A stretch of 64,000 bases of DNA, from positions 67,704,001-67,768,000 of the forward strand of contig OX597818.1 in NCBI GenBank assembly GCA_951406725.2. Reading direction: 5' to 3'. Of this stretch, positions 57,188-64,000 are shown piece after piece. The stretch comes from Octopus vulgaris. Lineage: Eukaryota. The notes under the pieces were generated by a model. The model worked only from the letters and a program-made list of their open reading frames with translations, had not been told where the DNA came from and did not search any database. Position 1 is the first letter of the stretch; each line of letters starts with the position of its first letter. Both the position numbers and the translations under genes were made by a program.

Positions 57188-57818
57188 TAGGAATTTAGAT
57201 ATTTATTGTGCTAGAACAGTCTATATTTTACGTGCTATGTTAAATAACATATATTTCACATTTTACTCCGGACATTTCTTACTTCACGTATCATATGCAT
57301 TGTACCAGACGTTCTCAAACTTTTTGGATCACTGCCCTCCTCGTGGCCACATAATACCCACAGCATCCCCACCCCTATTTTTAAGTATAAATAAATATTG
57401 TATATTTTACTAAGTTATATATACTAGGGACCATTTGATATCTAATATAGTATTATATAATCTGTATACAATACTGTACTAATAACATAAATTCATAGTG
57501 TCCCCCAATTTACTGCCTTCCTCCCAACGCATCCCTTTTCTCTACTGCTCCTCCGCCACCCCCTAGGCATCAGCGTCCACCTGGGCCCTCTCAGCGCAGT
57601 GGTGTTAAAAAGGACGGTAATGTTTAAGTTCAGATCTTGGCATTCCACGACAGAAAACGTAGCCTGTAATTGGGTTTCTAGAACTTCAACTTAGGGCAAA
57701 CGGATATACAAAGTCCGGAGCTAGGAGTATTGGAGAAGAAGTGTTTATCAGTATGTTACTCTTTTCACATAAATTAAAAGTTTATTATTTCTTCTTCGAT
57801 TCCTCGCTGGAGATAAAA

Positions 57819-58830
57819 TGCTAACACAATAATTGTAAAAAAGCAAAGACATTGTTGTCGTATGTGCGGAACCACGATTTAGAAATTAGCAAAGATTTCG
57901 ATGTTGCCAGGTATTTTGTGATCCATGTTCGAACAGAGTTGGAAGCTTCTGGCGGAAATGTTTCGACTTTATGAAAAGAGAAATAAAACAAACAAAAAGC
58001 ATTCTAAATTTTCGGACACGATAAGGACACGGCCATTCATCAAGCGGGTCCAAAACATTAATGATGGTGTTCCCGGAAGATCAATAAGGCCCATCGCCAA
58101 ATGCTTTCAGGTGTCATAGTGGACTATCCCCACTGCGAGAAACGAGGACATTCGATACAAGTTGTATATATTGCGGACAGGATATTTCATATCTGCAAAG
58201 ATACAGTAAAACCGTTTTATTTATGTGAAGAGATTACCTAACAAGGTTAAGAGTCACCAGTAACAAAGTGTGATTTGCTTCTTCACACATGAGAAATACT
58301 TCGACCAAGACAAAAAACTGAACGCAAAAAATAACAGTGCGTTATGTGCAGATGCTTCTACTGTCCCCAGGGGTGAAGCGCATCAAGTTTCCAGTAACTC
58401 TAATGGATATCGGACGGGTGAGTAATGAAGGTCAAATAAGATCTTTCCACAGACTTTTGGAATTAAGTTTGCTAGATAATGTGAAATACTAGAAACAGTG
58501 GCTAAACTCAGGATGGTGGTAGTTCGCAATTGAAGGCGTGTTTCAATATGACTCGGCAGCTTCTCACGACTATTACATATCCCAAAAATTGTCGTCAGAC
58601 ACTTTTTATGATCATATAAAAGCAAAATGGTGGATGTCAAGCTCAAAAGATTTAAATTATATTGACTACTAAATTTCGGGTGTTGTTGAAAGAGGAACTA
58701 ATTATATCCCTTCAATGCCATAGCTTTGCTGAAGACCAACAATGTCCAAGTGATGCTCAGAATGAATAAGGAACACCTAGTGCAAGCATTGTATCAAACA
58801 TCAAAGCCAAGGGGCAGACTCACAAAATGC
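57819..58830 (+). pseudogene. Tc1/mariner-superfamily (maT/DD37D-like) transposase pseudogene
   Basis: PGRSIRPIAK (HTH), EDIRYKLY, FFTHEKYFDQDKKLN..N..LC, KFP, VFQYDSA, LDY*..GVVE..N across frameshifts. Confidence 0.8.
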
Positions 58831-58932
58831 CTTATAAAAAAGATTGTCGAGAAGAACATGTATACCAATTGTTCTCAAAATACCTTTGTTTTTCTCTAAG
58901 GTTGTTTTATTATATAACAAAATAACATTATC

Positions 58933-59130
58933 TGGCTGTGTCGCCATGATAGATCGTTAGCCACTACACACATTTTTTTCACTCCTTGTTTCTCTCCTTG
59001 TTTTTTCTGTGTCCCTCTCTGTGGAAGAGCGTAAGCTCGAAACGTAAACTACTTTTTCTATTTCTGAGCGTTATACTAATACATCTGTTTGTTTTTGTAC
59101 ACAACCGGTCTTCGTCTTTTGTTTTTTTGT

Positions 59131-59135
<5 letters not shown>
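58933..59135 (+). mobile_element. Penelope-derived non-coding repeat with a degenerate hammerhead (59015-59050)
   Basis: CTGTGGA-A-GAGC(GTAA)GCTC-GAAA-CGT-A, same architecture as the 34747 motif; pyrimidine-rich flanks. Confidence 0.5.
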
Positions 59136-59199
<64 letters not shown>

Positions 59200-59212
59200 A
59201 TATATATATAAA

Positions 59213-59420
59213 TGCTTTTACTTGTTTCAGACATTTCACTGCGGCCATGCTGGAGGGCTAGCTTTAGTCGAACGAATCGACCATAATACTTATTCTTTGT
59301 AACCCCAGTAATTTCTTTTATCTGTTGCCGAACCACTATGTTACGGGGACGTAAACGCTCCAACATCGGTTGTCAAACGATGGTGGCTCGAGGCTATAGT
59401 AGAAGACACTTGTCCAAAGA
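59213..59420 (-). mobile_element. SINE family B, internally deleted
   Basis: CTTTTACTTGTTTCAG..CTGCGGCCATGCTGGAG..GAGGCTATAGTAGAAGACACTTG. Confidence 0.8.
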
Positions 59421-60607
59421 ACCACACACAGATATATACATATATATGTATATATTTATGCATACATGTATGTATATACATATACATATATGTGTGTGTG
59501 CGTGCGCGTATATATATATATATATATATGCATATATATAATATCTAAAATGTTATATAATACACATTTTCTGTAGTATCTATACAATCTGTATTTGACG
59601 TATTATAAAATATATTTTTGACACGTTCTATTAAAGTATATATGTTAGCTGTGTTATACAATAAATATTTCACATGTTAAATTATATAAAACATATCTGA
59701 AGTGCTATATATCATGCATATTTGGCGTGTTATTGTATATATTGTATATTTGCCGTATTACATAATATAACGTAAACTTGACATGCCACCTTACATAATA
59801 TATATGTGACATGTTAGTTAATCGAATCTGTATTTTGAAAAGTTACATTCGAGAATGCATATTTGTGACGGATTCTTTAATGATATACACCGAAAATGTG
59901 GTGAAGCAAAGTCAGTGTCTTATTAGCTATAGTACACGGTTCATGGACATACTGTTGAAAGGGTGCCGTGTTTTTTCTTTGAACAAAGCACTTCGTTCAG
60001 CTTTGCTCCTGTCTACCTAGCTCACAATGGTGCAGCGTTTTATCTCTTTATCCATGTTATCTCGTTGTTTTATTGTACCCCGTGTGGGAAAGTCGTGTAT
60101 GAGACGATGTGGGATTCGTACTACATTTCGTGCCTACACCAATAAGCAAGAGAAATAAGAATTGTTCGCGAATGACGGCTCTCTTTCTCATTCAATTTCC
60201 TCTCTGTCTCTCTCTCTCTCTCTCTCTCGCTGTCCGCCTGTCTTTCTCTCCCTCTCTCCCTCCATATATATATATATATATATGGGCAGATTCGTTATAG
60301 ATATAAGAATATACCATAAACAAGTATTAAATAATGGAGAGATGTTGAAACAGAAATAGGTTTATTATAAAACTGGATTCAATGCGATAAATCTATTTCA
60401 GTTTCAACATTTTCTTTCCATTTTTCAGACCAGTTATTGATATCTTCTTATGCCTATAACGAAGCTTCTCAAATATTATTTCCATATTCTTATTACCTGT
60501 TTTTTGCTGTTTTTCATGAATAGGATGAATCCTTATTAGAAATCCCCTTTTCCCTCTTTTTGGATCCACACAAAAGTTCGAATTCTTCTTTTTGAACTTA
60601 ACTTTCT

Positions 60608-60643
<36 letters not shown>

Positions 60644-60658
60644 AGAGATAGGTTTGTT

Positions 60659-61033
60659 AAGCAGAGTCGATTTTTACAATTTTGCAAATAATAATAGTAG
60701 TATTTTATCATTTTATAAGCTTAAAGCTTATGAGCGGTCACCGCAAAATGATAAAAGAAAATAGTCTAATAATGGGTCATATAAGCCAGAAGAAAATAAG
60801 TTTTCCTGTACACATTGCACTCGAACCCACACCTTTTTGTGTACGCGACTAAATGAGCTACCGTAATACTAACGCACCGACCTGGAAACTAATTATACGA
60901 ACTAATTATAGTCCTTAAATCTGACAGAAAGAAGTAGATCGTTGCATTGGTTTAATGGTAGTACCCTTGGTCGTATAAACAAAGACGTGTGGATTCGAGT
61001 CCCACACATACGCGAAAACCTACATTTTTCTGT
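60659..61033. mobile_element. Family F element with two divergently oriented tRNA-like sequences
   Basis: 60790-60885 (minus strand, GGTTCGAGTGC) and 60934-61033 (plus strand, GATTCGAGTCCC) are imperfect reverse complements. Confidence 0.65.
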
Positions 61034-61129
61034 CGAGGGATTAACTGCCCCAGTGTTTCGGATGAAAACACCAAAATGGAGACAAACAGCTTCCTCCCTC
61101 GGACTGGCTTGAAAAAGTGTTAAGATGTG

Positions 61130-61311
61130 AAAGTGGCTGTGTGGTAAGTAGCTTGCTTATGAAACATATGGTTCCGGGATCATTCCCACTGCCTGGCAAC
61201 TTGGGCAAGTGTCTTTTGAAATAGCCTCGGACCGACCAAAGACTTGTAAGTGAATTTGGTAGACGGAAACTGAAAGAAGCCCGTCGTATATATGTATATA
61301 TGTATGAGAGA

Positions 61312-61344
<33 letters not shown>

Positions 61345-61570
61345 TGTGCGCGTGTGTGTGTGTGTGTTTCTGTGTCTATGTTTGTCCCCCCAACATCACT
61401 TGACAACCGATGCCGGTATGTATACATCCCCGTAACTTAGCGGTTCGGCAAAAGCGACCGATAAAATAAGTACTAAGCTTACAAAGAATATGTCCTGGGA
61501 TCGATTTGCTCGACTAAATGCGGTGCTCCAGCATGGCCACAGTCAAATGACTGAAACAAGTAAAAGAGTA
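61130..61570 (+). mobile_element. SINE family B, full length
   Basis: GTGGCTGTGTGGTAAGTAGCTTGC..TGACTGAAACAAGTAAAAGAG. Confidence 0.92.
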
Positions 61571-61595
61571 ACGTGAAACTAATGGCAAACTCAAA

Positions 61596-61651
<56 letters not shown>

Positions 61652-62859
61652 GCACAGGTGCATACACACATATATACATAACATATATACATAATGTATG
61701 TATCATACATAGTGTATGTATATAATACAATATTAGAGTCCCTTTTCCGCATCTAAGCCGACTTTTCCAATCGGTTTTGTACACGTGACATTCGGACAAC
61801 CCATATTCGCACTCATAAGAATAGGAGGTAGGGAAACTATGGCTCTTTCAATTGGTCACCGGAAAGTGACAGATGTGATTTTTAGATGTCGTAAAACCGA
61901 GATGATTTCTTGTGGGAGAAATCACAGAGGGGAAAGTTTTGTTGGTTACAGTTTTCTGCCCTGGCTTCGGATTATTTAAGAGGTAACTAGCTGTAAATTT
62001 CGCTCGGTTTGTATGTCTGTTGGTAGGTTTAGGGCTATTTCTTAAAAGTGATATATAGCCATTTAGGTTTCTATGTATATGTGCGTTTGTAGGTAATAAA
62101 GCTGAGTTTCAGAAACTTTATATGAAACACATATATCGTGGTGAAAAACAACGCAGTTGGTTGAAGTTTTAGAATTTATATTCGTGGCAAGTCCACCGCC
62201 TCTTTGTTACATAACTATATTCGCGCGTGTGTGTGTATGCATTCACACACATATATATTTGCATAAATACATATGCATATATATATATATATTCACAGGT
62301 ATGTGTGTGTCTATATACACACGTGTATATGTATGAGAGCGTATGTGCCCTGTAATTGCATACCTACGTAAACATCGCTACAGAGATCTGAAAACAAATA
62401 CAAAACTGACGCATTTCTCTAATCAATATTTGAAATTAATAGCGTATATAAGCAACTTCATTACATATTTAAAAATAAATTTAAGAAAAATAACTAATAT
62501 ATATTCTTATTAACAAAGTAATTAGCGTTCCTTGTTTACATACTAAGAAATATTTATTTATTTATTTTGGTTATTTTCTTTTCTTGTTCTTTTCTTTTTT
62601 TGATATTGTTGATCACAAAAATAACGGATAACGAATGAAAAATAACTGCTGTTGCGTTGACATTTGACATTTGACTCCAGATATAAATTTCTATTTATTA
62701 AAATTCAGAAAAGTTAGCTCGTTCTTAGAATAGTATTTCGAGAAAAACAGAACATCGAAAAGTTTGCAGCAATTCTTCAAAATCAAATAATTTGACTATG
62801 TCTGTGAGCTTAAATAGTGATTAACTACGTATCTTTATTTAATTCCATCCTTTTACATC

Positions 62860-63008
62860 TATGTATGTATGTATGTATGTATGTATGTATGTATGTATGT
62901 ATGTATGTATGTATGTATGTATGTATGTATGTATGTATGTATGTATGTATGTATGAATATATATATATATATATATATATATAGATAGATAGATAGATAG
63001 ATAAATAA

Positions 63009-63076
<68 letters not shown>
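62860..63076. repeat. (TATG)n-(TA)n-(GATA)n microsatellite
   Basis: Visible. Confidence 0.95.
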
Positions 63077-64000
63077 GTAAAAACAAAAGCAAGAAGGATA
63101 TCCAGAGGTAATGCAGTACGATCGTTTTAAGCAACTCCATGTAATTGAGCAATGCAATCATTACATTAATTTAAACGCAGAGCAATCCTCAGCTACATAA
63201 AGACATATCATTTAATTAGATTAAAACAGATGGACACATTAGTATAATTTTATCTAAAATCTCCAAGAAGGTAAGGAGATAGACAAAGAACATGCTGTCT
63301 TCACTTCAGATAAGCTACTAAGGTATCCGGAAGAAAGACTTGTTACAGATTATACTTGTCACTGTTTTATGGGGTCAGTTTTACTTCATAGACTAGTTTA
63401 TCAAATCTTTGTATATCTAAGGCCAAAAAACAAGGAACAGTGCTTGTTAGGAAGTGGGCTGAGTGAGTCGACAGAAATCATAGTGGGTATAGTCATAAAA
63501 AATTATGAAGATTTATTTGAAGCAATATAATGAGATTTGGTAAAGGAAATCTTAAATCAAGATATTAGCTGACAGTTAAAGGGGCAAACCACTAGTAGAT
63601 CATTGATAATGAGACAGGGGAACCTTTTTATTATGGGGTACTATAGTTAAATATTATTAAAAATATTGCCATATTGTATAAATTTAAAATTTAGAGTTAT
63701 TCAAAAGATTATTAAGAAGAATATTATGACAAAAGCATAAATTGTTTTGAATACTTTTGAGTATATATCAAACTGTTACCATAATAGAGGGCGGAAAAGA
63801 AATTATCTAGAAATAGTTTAATATTTATAGTTATCGCCAAACTAATATTGCAGTCCATAAATATAAGACTAAAGCTGTCGCTGATTAGCTCCGTGAGGCC
63901 ATCGCCTCTAGCTAGCTATATGACACACGAACCTGTTTTCGTCTTATATTTATGGACTGCCATATTAGTTTGGCAATAACTATTAATATCCAGTAACGCT

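Noticed and set aside
61740-62200. Possible Penelope remnant on the minus strand
   Set aside because: Motif resemblance too weak to call by eye
63230-63276. Possible small exon ending AG/GTAAGG
   Set aside because: Splice-like signals only, with no recognisable peptide or partner exons

Overview
AT-rich eukaryotic DNA dense in microsatellites, with no confidently identifiable host protein-coding gene. The repeat repertoire (three tRNA-derived SINE families, TAA-targeting R4/Dong LINEs, long (TA)n/(TATC)n/(TAA)n tracts) suggests an octopus or other cephalopod intron or intergenic region; this is an inference. Almost all long ORFs in the track are microsatellite artefacts. Real coding remnants are: R4/Dong-clade retrotransposons in (TAA)n (9416-12107, 12212-12812, 41631-42662, plus fragments at 28640 and 38924), decayed Penelope-like elements (about 4570-7150, 27330-28280, 30570-30980), an RTE tail, an L2/CR1-group tail, a DD37D/maT-like transposase pseudogene, possible hAT remnants, hAT MITEs and a clean non-autonomous Helitron (49368-50186). 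The most interesting layer is a set of minimal hammerhead-ribozyme (HHR) motifs. One pair sits in a roughly 550-bp fold-back palindrome with an HHR in each arm (23152-23702). Others belong to an apparent composite element, [inverted HHR]-[tRNA-like Pol III head]-(TAA)n-[HHR], seen in two partial copies (38716-39440 and 41298-41630), each colonised by a Dong insertion in its TAA tract. Coordinates were read by eye and boundaries of decayed elements are approximate.
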